A program made the position numbers and the translations under genes. Below are positions 1 through 9,971 of a stretch of 58,820 bases of DNA, one piece after another (the stretch's first letter is position 1; each line of letters begins with the position of its first letter). The stretch lies in assembly GCA_026025075.1 (NCBI GenBank), contig JAPEUI010000101.1:1-58820 (forward strand). The letters run 5' to 3'. The DNA is from Vezdaea acicularis (Eukaryota). Below the pieces are notes generated by a model. The model was not told where the DNA came from. It saw only the letters and a program-made list of their open reading frames with translations, and did no database searches.

Positions 1-933
1 CTTTCAACAACGACAAAATACCCCTGCTTATTGAAAGCACTTAGGCCGTCTTGAGCTTAGACCCGCTTCCTGACGGCCAATAGAATTGTTCGATAAACAC
101 ATCCCGGCCGTGATGCTGGCAATGTCGCATGTGACAGCCTAACTGGGCCTAAGTGCTTTCAACAACAACGAAATACCCCTGCTTATTGAAAGCACTTAGG
201 CCATCTTAAGCTTAGACCCGCTTCCTGACGGCCAATAGAATTGTTCGATAAACACATCCCGGCCGTGATGCTGGCAATGTTGGGTGTGACAGCCTAATTG
301 GGCTTAAGTGCTTTCAATAACAACAAAATACCCCTGCTTATTGAAAGCACTTAGGCCGTCTTGAGCTTAGACCCGTTTTCTGACGCCAATGAAATTGTTC
401 GATAAACACATCCTGGCTGTGATGCTAGCGGTGTCGGGTGTAACAGCCTAATCGGGCCTAAGTGCTTTCAACAACAACGAAATACCCCTGCTTATTGAAA
501 GCACTTAAGCCGTCTTGAGCTTAGACCCGTTTTCTGACGGCCAATAGAATTGTTCGATAAACACATGCTGGCTGTGATGCTGGCAATGTCGGATGTGACA
601 GCCTAATCGGGCCTAAGTGCTTTCAACAACAACAAAATACCTCTGCTTATTGAAAGCACTTAGGCCGTCTTGAGCTTAGACCCGTTTCTTGACGGCCAAT
701 AGAATTGTTCGATAAACACATCCTGGCCGTGATGCTGGCAATGTGGGGTGTGACAGTCTAATCGGGCCTAAGTGCTTTCAATAAGCAGGGGTATTTCGTT
801 GTTGTTGAAAGCACTTAGGCCATCTTGAGCTTAGTCCCGTTTCTTGACGGCCAATAGAAATGTTTGATAAAGACATTTGGGCTTTGAGGCTGAAAATGTT
901 ATTTGTGACAGCCTAATTGGGCCTAAGTGCTTT
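1..933. repeat. ~155-bp tandem array (6 units plus the left arm of a 7th, probably continuing off the window); each unit has a 17-bp inverted repeat around a 23-nt loop
   Basis: The unit marker CTTTCAA recurs at 1, 156, 311, 465, 620 and 775. Arms are GGCCTAAGTGCTTTCAA / TTGAAAGCACTTAGGCC (e.g. 146-162 / 186-202). Confidence 0.97.
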
Positions 934-1059
934 TCAGATCGAGGGAGTAGAAATAAATAAATTAAAAGCTATGCCGACAAACTTTAAGTGTTAAGACAAG
1001 GATCAATGATCAGTAACTCAGAATCAATTTCAGAAAGCCTGAAGGGTAAAAATAGTTCG

Positions 1060-1775
1060 CAGATCAAAGATTGATGTCTCGAAATCAATTCCAAAGGATC
1101 ATCAGATTGAGAATCGTCAAATCCGTGATCGATGACGCAAAACCGATGCCGGAAGATCAAGAGGGTTGAAACTGGCAGATCAAGAGCTGATCCCAAGAGT
1201 TGATGTCTCAAGATCGATTCCAGAGGATCATCAGATTGGGAATCGTCAAATCCGTGATCAATGACGCAAAACCGATGCCGGAAGACCAGGAGGGCTGGAA
1301 TTGGCAGATTCCTGAAAGACGACTCGGAATCTATTTCAAAAGGCCAGGCGGGTAAAAATCGACAAGTCAAAACCAATGCCGGAAGATCAAGAGGGTTGAA
1401 ACTGGCAGATCAAGAGCTGATCCCAAGAGTTGATGTCTCAAGATCGATTCCAGAGGATCATCAGATTGAGAATCGATAAATCCGTGATCGATGACATAAA
1501 ACTGATGCCACAAGATCAGAAGGGCCAAAATTGGCAAGTTCATCATGGATGACTCGGAATCTATTTCAAAAGGTCAAGAGGGTAAAGATCAACAAGTCAA
1601 AACCAATGCCGGATGATCCAGAGGGTAAAAACTGGCAGATCAAAAAAGTTGATGTCAAGAGTTGATGTATCAAGATCGATTTCAGAGGATCAACAGATTG
1701 AGAATCGACAAATCCGTGATTGATGACGCAAAACTGATGCCAGAGGACTTGAAGATTCAAAATTGGCAATTCTTC
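1060..1775. repeat. Composite tandem array (~129-bp subunit within a ~230-bp higher-order unit)
   Basis: The marker ATGACRYAAAACYGATGCC occurs at 1132, 1261, 1491 and 1723. GATCATCAGATTGAGAATCG-type blocks occur 4 times, and GACTCGGAATCTATTTCAAAAGG occurs at 1321 and 1551. Confidence 0.93.
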
Positions 1776-1868
1776 ACTCAATGTCTGGAAACTGCTGCCA
1801 GAACATTGAATCTATCAAAATTGACAGATTGAAATCCATTCCACGATGATGACCACGCAAAACATCGA

Positions 1869-4800
1869 TCAGTTTTCTCTGGTTCTTTCCAGTTGATTTT
1901 TGAATTCTAAAGCTAGATTTAGCTTGGTGTCTATGCCAAATTGTATTGGATTTTTGATTAATCCGGAGTCTTCAGAATGAATGTCACCTTCAGTCAAAAG
2001 AAGAAGCTGATCTGCTCTCGTCAGTTGTTCATGAATTTCTTGCCAATGTGGATTTGATCCAGTACTAAGACGGCTCTCCTGCTGGACTGATTGCTCCAAA
2101 GCTTCAAACATTCCAAAATACAGTGGATTCAGCTGCGGGATAACCCAGTTGGTCCGAGACAATGTTTCCATCTCTTGCAGCATTTCAAAAGTCTTGGGCG
2201 CATTGTGCTTTGAAGCTGTTCGTATGACAGAGAGTTTGTCAATATTGTACTGCGGTATGATCCACATCTTTTGGCAAGCGTGAAGATTGATCACTTTTTC
2301 AAAGCTTTTTGATGTCTTTGGTCCTAGCACATCTTTGACAATATGTCGAAGCCGGCGTTTCCATTCTCGAAATGGGCTGTGTTCCCATCCACGTTTTTTG
2401 ACTGCGCCAGGCATGTTATCATCTAAACCAAACAGTCCAGCAATGCGGCCAATCCAGGTACCAGTATTGTATTGATCCAAAAGGCTCACACCACGACGGG
2501 CGGCTTTTTTAACTAGGATCAGATGCGGCGGCATCTCCAGAAGTCTTGTTAAAAGATCATAGCTAAATCCCTCTAGGCCTTTAGACTGTATTGCATCAAA
2601 GCGTTCTTGGACTATGTCTATTCTTGGATCCAATTCCTTGGAACGTTGACGCAGAATATCAAGGATCTCCAGTTGATAGGATTGAATGATCAATTCAGCT
2701 CCTAGTTGAAATACCCATTTGCGCGCATGAGGATCCAAGCTCTCCTTAGGAAAAGTCAGTGACCGCTGCAACCATTCCCGAAAAAGCGCCAACTCTCGAT
2801 GTTCTTGCTGAAGAAGATTCTGAATCCTCAAGGTTTGGTTTCTTTGTCTACCAAATCCATTGATTGCTAGTCCTAGTCGAGGAATGATATCTGGCTTGAA
2901 CATTGGAAGACCTTCCCATAGGATTAAATCTGAGGGCAACCAAGCTAAACCAGTCTGTTCTAAACTTTTGCGATAATCCAGCCCTAGACGTGTTGAAACT
3001 TCATTTGATTCGTCTTCTGTCTCTGATTCACTCTCATTTTCTCGGTCTGGATATGGTTTGCATTTCCACTTATGCAACCAGAGAGATCGGTGGTGTAATT
3101 TTCGGAGGCTTCCTAGATTGGCTTTTAAGGTTCTGATGATAGCGCTAACCATCACACCATTGATCATCTGTTGCTCTGCAGATGCAGGAGAAAGTCCAAC
3201 GGGCCCTGGATTAACTTGACAGATCAATGCTTCTAGACACATCAACCATCGATTGATGTCATATCCGATATATGTATTGACATCTTTGGTTCGGAAGACA
3301 AAATAGGGCCGGTGTTGATGTGGATCATTGCTTGCTGCGTCATTTAAAGCAGCATCCAACTGTAGGCGGGAAAAACGTTCAAGAGTCATTCGATATTCTT
3401 GCCGTACACCAAAGCAGGTATCAATGGTAGAACATATCGCTTGATTTACCCGTTGTTTAGCATGTTGATATATCTTTAGCAGATGCTGGCGTTTGTCTAG
3501 ATGGGAGGTTTGCCTGCCCCGATAGCTCAACCCATACCAACGGTTGAGCAGGTCTTGATCATATGCTAATCCTTCCAGCTGCTGATGATCAAATGGAACC
3601 AATCCTTTTACTGGAGTAGTAAAGAGATCTTTATGAAGGCTATAAGCTTTGTTAAAAGCAATTCCGCCTTTGGCATGCCATTTGTTTGTTGGCAATATTT
3701 CAGCACGAGTTGACATGATATCTCGAGTTAATGCCCAAGGAAACTCTTGAGTGCGAAGAAGTGATGATCTTTGATCCACAGCTTGAAATTGAATATTCCA
3801 GCTGGCACAACATTTGGATTTTCGCAAAAGAGTTACTGCTTCATTCTGAAATGGTTCTGGAGTGTCTTCCAGTCCTAAATCTATCTAACATTTCTGTGCA
3901 GGCATGTAGCGTTCATTGGCATGAAAACATCGACGGAGATGACGGAAATAATCTTGTCGAACCTGTTGAGGATCAAGCTTCTTGGTGAAGAGCTTTAGAT
4001 TGTGCCCTTGCACAATCAAAAACACCCCTCGAAAAATGGCGAATCTAGGGCTGTTGCATTTCTGCAAGACAAGATTCCAAAAACAATCCAAATACTCCTC
4101 AGGAATGCAATATCGAAGATCTATTGGCGGTTGCACACCGGTAGGATGCCATTCTTGTTTGGCGGTTGATTTGATTTTAACTTCTGCAAAACTTCGAGGA
4201 TGATGTTGCAAAATATCATTTGGACAACTTTTGCGCAAGGACGGAATGATAATGTTGTCAATCCATTCCTCCTGTTGTATATCTGTCAAATGAGTTCCAT
4301 CCCGATGAAGAACAGGCATATGAGGAAAGAAAACATGGCACTGATAATTGAATCCGGCAGAGGCAAGTCCATGTCCTAATCTTTGGTTTTTTAACTGATG
4401 CAGGCGTTTTCTTTGAAATCTAACATAAGGATTTTGCGTCACACGTCGCAAGTATGGAGGACGATAGGCTAGATCAAATCCATCCCGATGTACGCCTAAA
4501 CTGGTAACCTCTGCTATCAAGCTGTCCACATCCCAACGACGAGATATTTGAAGAGAAGATTCTTGAATGGGGATACCAGACTCTATTTCCGAACAGGAAA
4601 CATTTAGACTTGGAGGATTTCCATCTTCCCCCGCTAATAATGCTTTCCAAGCAATGTTCTGATAGTCTCCGTGTCTTCCATCTCTTGGTAACAGATTTTC
4701 ATAATTTATCGGAAAGGTATTAGAGTGACTGGAACTGTCCCTTCTTGGCATATGCCTACTCCAATATTGACACATTTCCTTAAATCCTAAGCCCAATTCA

Positions 4801-5492
4801 TCTGATAAATTTGTTCCTGCATTGCAAGAACAAGTGGTGCTCCAGGATTTTTGTAGTCGTTCATCAATCTCATGATCCAATCCTAAAGCATCGTCTGAAT
4901 TTGTTTCACTCAATGTAAAAGATTGAGTGTCTGCAATATCATCGTCTCTTTCCAAGACATCAGACGCTATACTGGAAGAGATATCTGAGCTGTCCAAAAG
5001 CTCTAAAGGTTGTCTGAAGGCTTTCAACTCAAGTCTGGCCTCATCAGCAACATCTAATTGGCCTTGAATAGTTGATGGTTCCTGATTTGATGCAAATGAT
5101 AGATTTAGAAGTTCATTGGATTCCGAATTGACTTCATCTGAAGTAGTTGAATGATGATCTAGTAGAATATTTAAGTCAATATCAGATTCTTCAGATGCTT
5201 CTGCCGGCAAAAGAGGATGATCTGCTTCTGGATTAGACTCAACATCAAGTTGGGCATCAGCAAAAAGATTGACAAGTCCATCAAAAGGCTCATTCTGTTC
5301 ACTTGCAGCATGCAAAACTGGTGAGGAAATTGATGGAGCCAAAATAGCTGGAATAGATGATGATGTGGATTCTGGTAAGACGCTTAGTGGTATTGATGAA
5401 TAGGGCTGATTCAAGGTTCTAAGTTGATAACGATTTTGCCGTGCTTGTTAAGCCTGCAGCTTTTCTGCTTGAGTCTTTGCTTTTCGCCCCAT
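1869..5492 (-). pseudogene. Intronless ~1207-aa uncharacterised protein (putative mobile-element protein) interrupted by two in-frame stops
   Basis: ATG at 5492 (MGRKAKTQAEKLQA*QARQNRYQ) is in frame with the 509-aa ORF. That ORF is in frame with the 652-aa ORF across TAG 3887-3885 (QKC*IDLGLEDTP...VTLLRKSK). The N-terminus is acidic and low complexity, followed by a motif-rich core. Confidence 0.8.
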
Positions 5493-5588
5493 GATTTTGA
5501 TGGAAGACATCAAATGCTATTGCGGATGCGTTGATATTTATTGACATGGTAGGAAGGCCACTTATGGCTTATAGTGACGTGTCTATAA

Positions 5589-5922
5589 TAACCAATCACA
5601 AGTAGAATAAACCGTCAAGCGTGATATGAAAACTGCTTATTCCATTTTTGTTAGGTCTGATTTAATGGAACTAACCAATTGCGAATTGATTTAGCTTAAG
5701 CGAGATTAACACAAGCAATTTTCATACATGCGCGATTTTTTTTATCCAATGATTCAATGACACGGCAGGATATTAGAAGTTGTATGGTCGCTACCATAGA
5801 TAGAGCACACTAAAAATTGAAGTGTAACCAATGAGATGAGGAATAAACCGTCAAGCGCCGTTAGTCCTTGACGCCAAGCAAAACGAAAGCGCGCTTGACG
5901 GTTTATTCATCGTTTAATAGGC
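5589..5922. promoter_or_regulatory. Three copies of CC(A/T)AT-N8-GAATAAACCGTCAAGCG, two of which form an 18-bp perfect inverted repeat
   Basis: Direct copies at 5605-5621 and 5841-5857, inverted copy at 5892-5908. Hairpin arms are 5841-5858 / 5891-5908. It lies just upstream of the ATG at 5492. Confidence 0.7.
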
Positions 5923-6600
5923 TGCGTTGCATTAGAGGCGCATACTAATGCTCGCTTATGCACAAATAACCAATTAGCATCTATGCCGTTCCTCCACTAC
6001 AACCACGTCATCCCGGTATGCAACCATCTTCTAGGCCGTCTGGCTGCTGGAAGAAATTCCCATAATCCTAATCGTGTCACATCATCAATGTTTGGTTTTT
6101 TAGATGCGCCACACACCATAAGAACAAGCGGGTTAGATTTAGGCTACGCAAGTAAACAAGCAGTCATCAAGGTGCTTTGGCATGGTAAAAATGTCTAATA
6201 TGCTTGTTTGAAGATTGGATGACCATCCATATGAATTTTCTGATTTTTCACTTTCTCTCACTGTCACGCAGGCCGCTGCTGCTGATTGCAATTGACCTAT
6301 CTTATATAGACCGAATCAAAAGATTCTAGAGGCAGGGTTCAACAACGCAGATATCGATTGCCTGTTGTGCAAAATCATACGAGAATGTGAAGCAGTTGTT
6401 CACTGGAAAGCATGGATAGAAGATATATTCGCTGCCAGAAAAGGTTCTTGAAGAGGGAGCGAATGGTTTCTTGTTGCTTCTTCGAGTGAAGCAGGAGAGA
6501 CTGCAATCGGCAATTGTCAGAAAATGCGACTGCATATCTATTGTACCTGCATGACGTCGTCAGTGTGCCCGTCGCCTACGCACCCTTTCAACGAAATGAA

Positions 6601-7251
6601 ATGCCACCAGCATCTCCAACCTTCTGGAATTCAATCACTTTCCTTGTATTAATCACCCTCGCGTTCTTCCCTGGATTTTTCATTGGCACTCTTCGGGCTC
6701 CCTTGAGGCTACTTTTGGTGCCGTTCGCCTCACAGCCCCGAAACACGGAAACAACGGATATGTCGTGGATGCAGAAGACCTTCTCCTTACCAGCCAAGTC
6801 TCGTGGCTCCTACCTCATCACCGATGAAATCGAACGACATGTACCGGAGATACGAAGTTACAAAGTCGGGCTAGTCAATTTATTCATGCAACACACATCT
6901 TGCGCTATAACGCTGAATGAAAATTGGGACGAGGATGTAAGAGCAGACATGAGCGATGCTTTAGACCGGATCGCACCTGAGGACCGCAAGGGGGAAATTT
7001 ATAGGCATTCAGCAGAGGGATTAGACGACATGCCGGTTTGTGCTACTTCGACTTCTTCTAAATGCGATTTGACATAATCAACTTTTGAACAGGCCCATAT
7101 CAAGTCAGCTCTTATCGGTGCTTCAATCACTGTGCCTATCAAAGACGGTAAGCTAGCTTTGGGCACTTGGCAAGGCATATGGTATCTAGAATTCAGAGCA
7201 GCAAAGCACGCGCGGAAGGTGGTAGCTACAATACAGGGACAGAAAGTATGA
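6601..7251 (+). CDS. YjbQ/UPF0047 family protein (secondary thiamine-phosphate synthase-like)
   Basis: Motifs [26 protein letters not shown] and LGTWQGIW. Intron 7036-7092. The conserved start is probably ATG 6760 (MSWMQK), with an optional hydrophobic extension from 6601. Confidence 0.9.
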
Positions 7252-7867
7252 GAGTGCCGATCCTTGTTAGGTTACGAGCAGAAGGAGTAGTCTACATAGT
7301 AAGGTCAAAATCATACCTGGGTAACTTTTTCTCCCTCGGAGTTTTGGGCAATATTGTTCTCAGCGTCTTAATGGTACGAACAGAATCTTGCAACGGGCAT
7401 AGCATGGATCCTCGTCATCTTCGCAATGATGTTTACAAGGCATGGCAAAATTTATACAAAGGATCTATTGGCGATAATAGATAGTACAATGAAATCACAT
7501 ATAAAACGAAGTGGATGGTAGTGGTAACAATATCTACTCGTTGAACACGGGAAAGTTCCCATCAAGAGTAGTATATTGTATATCATCATGGGCTTGCCGT
7601 TGTTAACATGAAAGGTCATAGACTCGTATTTACAGATGCCATGTCCAGAGCAATGAAGGACTTCAAGAGCACAGGTACTGAGCCATTATACCAGATGTAA
7701 TTCAGAGTCGCCAGTAGAAGCTTCAAAAGAATTTGCTCACATGCCGGAATGGAACACTCCCAGATAGGACAAATTGACTCCCATCGCAGGCTTTCTAAGT
7801 GCAGTCAGCGATTGTTATTCACACCTACAGATGATACCCTTCTTACCTGTAGCTGACATAAGACTCT

Positions 7868-8671
7868 TCAAGTTGGAGGGGTTCTGAGGAAGTAATGATG
7901 CCCTTCACCATAAGCTACCCAACGACCCGGTTGGAGGTGATCGTTGATTGCCGCGATGTCCCTTAGAACATACGTTCCGTCCAACTCACAGACATAGTAT
8001 TGGATCGTGATATCATCACGATTGGCAGGTACCATATCAATAGGGCCTCCGCCGCCAGTGGTGGTCGCTATGATGGCGTCTTCTTGTTGAACCTCTGACC
8101 GCGTGTTGCCGTACCAAACGTAGCCCTCTAGCTTCGGTGCAGGGGCGGGCGGGGGCCCAGGTGCAGCTTCTTGTAACGTAGGAGGGTAGTAGACTCCCGG
8201 ATGAACCCACGGAGGGTAAGCCAAAGGATGAGTTGACTATGAAAAGAGTTTGATGGTTAGTGAAAGTTTAATGATTGTTTGGACGCATCGACCAACATCA
8301 TACGGGTATCCTGAGTAGAGATGTTGTGCTCCATAGTGGAGAAAGTATGGGTAAACTGAGTACGGTGTCTGGGGCCATAATTGGAGATTGCACGGAGAAT
8401 TTGGTGGAGGATTCTGTGGAGGGTTTGGCGGAAGGTTTGGCGGCGGATTTGGCGGCGGGTTTGGTGGAGGATTAGGTGAAGGATTTGACATGGCAGTAGG
8501 CACTGGCTCAGGTACTGGCTGAGCTAGAGGTGCTTCATGTGGATTGTCGAACCTTGGTATGTAGGTGTAAGTGATTGGCCCATCAGGACCAACAGCTGGG
8601 ACTTGAGGTCCATGCTCGGGCTGCCCTTGGCTGAGTAACCACCAGTCTTGCCCTGACTGGTTGGCAGCCAT
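7868..8671 (-). CDS. Proline-rich hypothetical protein
   Basis: Two ORFs can be joined by an intron of ~8295-8237. Contains PPPN repeats and a globular-looking C-terminus (YYVCELDGTY...LQPGRW). Confidence 0.6.
8398..8487 (-). repeat. 12-bp coding minisatellite (PPPN-type repeats)
   Basis: Translation reads SNPSPNPPPNPPPNPPPNLPPNPPQNPPPNS. Confidence 0.8.
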
Positions 8672-9971
8672 GGCCGAAAGCTCAGAGAAAATGAAACCTC
8701 AGGCTTGTTGCAGAGACCATCAAAGTAGGTAATTCCCCAGTGAAGTGAGAGTAAGAAAGAATTTGACCCGCGTAAGACAGGCAAGGGAAGCGGGAGTGAT
8801 TCAGGAAGCAACGTCCGTTGGCTGATGAGCGCAAGAGGTCACGATCACAATTTGGAATAAACTCACAGCGATGACTCCAGGGTGTTCAGTTGGCACATAG
8901 ATCCAAGCCCTAGGCCTCGGCTCCTTTGGGGGTGCTTGAAAGAAGATGTCCGTAAAGGGCCAGCAGCACATGGTTATTTAATTGGCGAATTGGAGTTAGA
9001 AGGATTCTCACTTCGCATTAATTCAAGCCGCAAATGGTCGGAGTTTAGCAAGAACTGTGCGTCTGTGTGAGGCCTTGTTTCTCGATTCGATTGAAGCTTC
9101 GATCATCAAACACAGTGCTTAGCCTTTCGAATAGCTGGCCTCTCAATTGTATAAGGTCCATTGGGAAAGGAAAGGGACTATATAATAGACTGAATATACA
9201 AACTCTAGGCTAACTAGACACGATTTTTGTATGAAGGAATTGATGCCTTGGCTATCAAGGCTTTGATGCTAAGTGCAGCCCACGGAAATGGAAATAGCGG
9301 CCACGAGTCAGGGAGGTGATGGTCGTAATACAGGCCCGTATCATACCTTTTCACGTACTCATCTGGCGTAAAAGAACACATATGGACGTTCACGCCGAGT
9401 CAAAGCATTTGAGTGCTTAGAATACCAGCGAACGACCAGCCATCGTACGTCAGAGACGGACAGGAGGAAATAAGTAGGCAAGGTCGATATATAGCTTTCG
9501 GAACCTGGGAAGAATACGAACATACTGAGGAAATCGCGCTACGCCGCTTCATAGGCCATCTCCACGCGCAAAAAGACGCAAGAGTCACAACCCACGAACC
9601 GGCGCTCTTCACGGTTCAATTAGGTAGACTAAAGTAGACCTAGGTGGAGGGGAGGCTATTCACTGTACTAGCAGGGCCTTAAGGACAAGGACGCTTCGTT
9701 GAGCATTGTGAAGGCTGCTGCGCGGTCGAGGCCTATACGCGACACCAGCCGTCGAAGGGCATGAGGGGTAAGCGTAGAAATGCAATAGCAGGCGGAATTG
9801 AGCGCTAGGACGCGCTACAGTAGAGCGCCTAGCGTTTCTGCATTCTATCCGTGTCCAGCTTTCGCAAGGGCTTGGCATCATACCCTGTCAGGGTTATTTA
9901 CACACCCTGCGTGCCTGACAGGTCAGAACAACCATTGCTGAGGTGCAGAATGGGCCTGAACGTTGCTCGAA

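Larger units (their letters stand above)
1..5908 (-). mobile_element. Putative unclassified DNA mobile element (two tandem arrays, large intronless ORF, upstream repeat/hairpin); boundaries uncertain
   Basis: More AT-rich than the flanking genes, intronless, RIP-like mutations, structured repeats on both sides of the ORF. No TIR/TSD pair is visible within the window. Confidence 0.55.

Noticed and set aside
1..933. CRISPR-like array (palindromic repeats at regular spacing)
   Set aside because: The intervening sequences are near-identical copies rather than unique spacers, the context is eukaryotic, and there are no cas genes.
1085..1470. Hammerhead ribozyme in array 2 (minus strand CTGATGA followed by a TCC-NNN-GGA stem)
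   Set aside because: The stem is followed by ATTG/ATCG rather than the required GAAA, and I could not build stems I and III.
984..1781. Short ORFs (130, 72 and 71 aa) over the second array
   Set aside because: They are by-products of the repeat: the period is not consistently a multiple of 3 and the frames break between units.
5983..6535. Small ORFs between the element and the YjbQ gene
   Set aside because: Short, with no recognisable motifs or convincing gene structure.
9885..9900. Telomerase RNA template (minus strand TAACCCTGA)
   Set aside because: It is not a full TAACCCTAA template, and the G-U pattern favours the opposite strand. It is kept only as part of an unassigned structured region.
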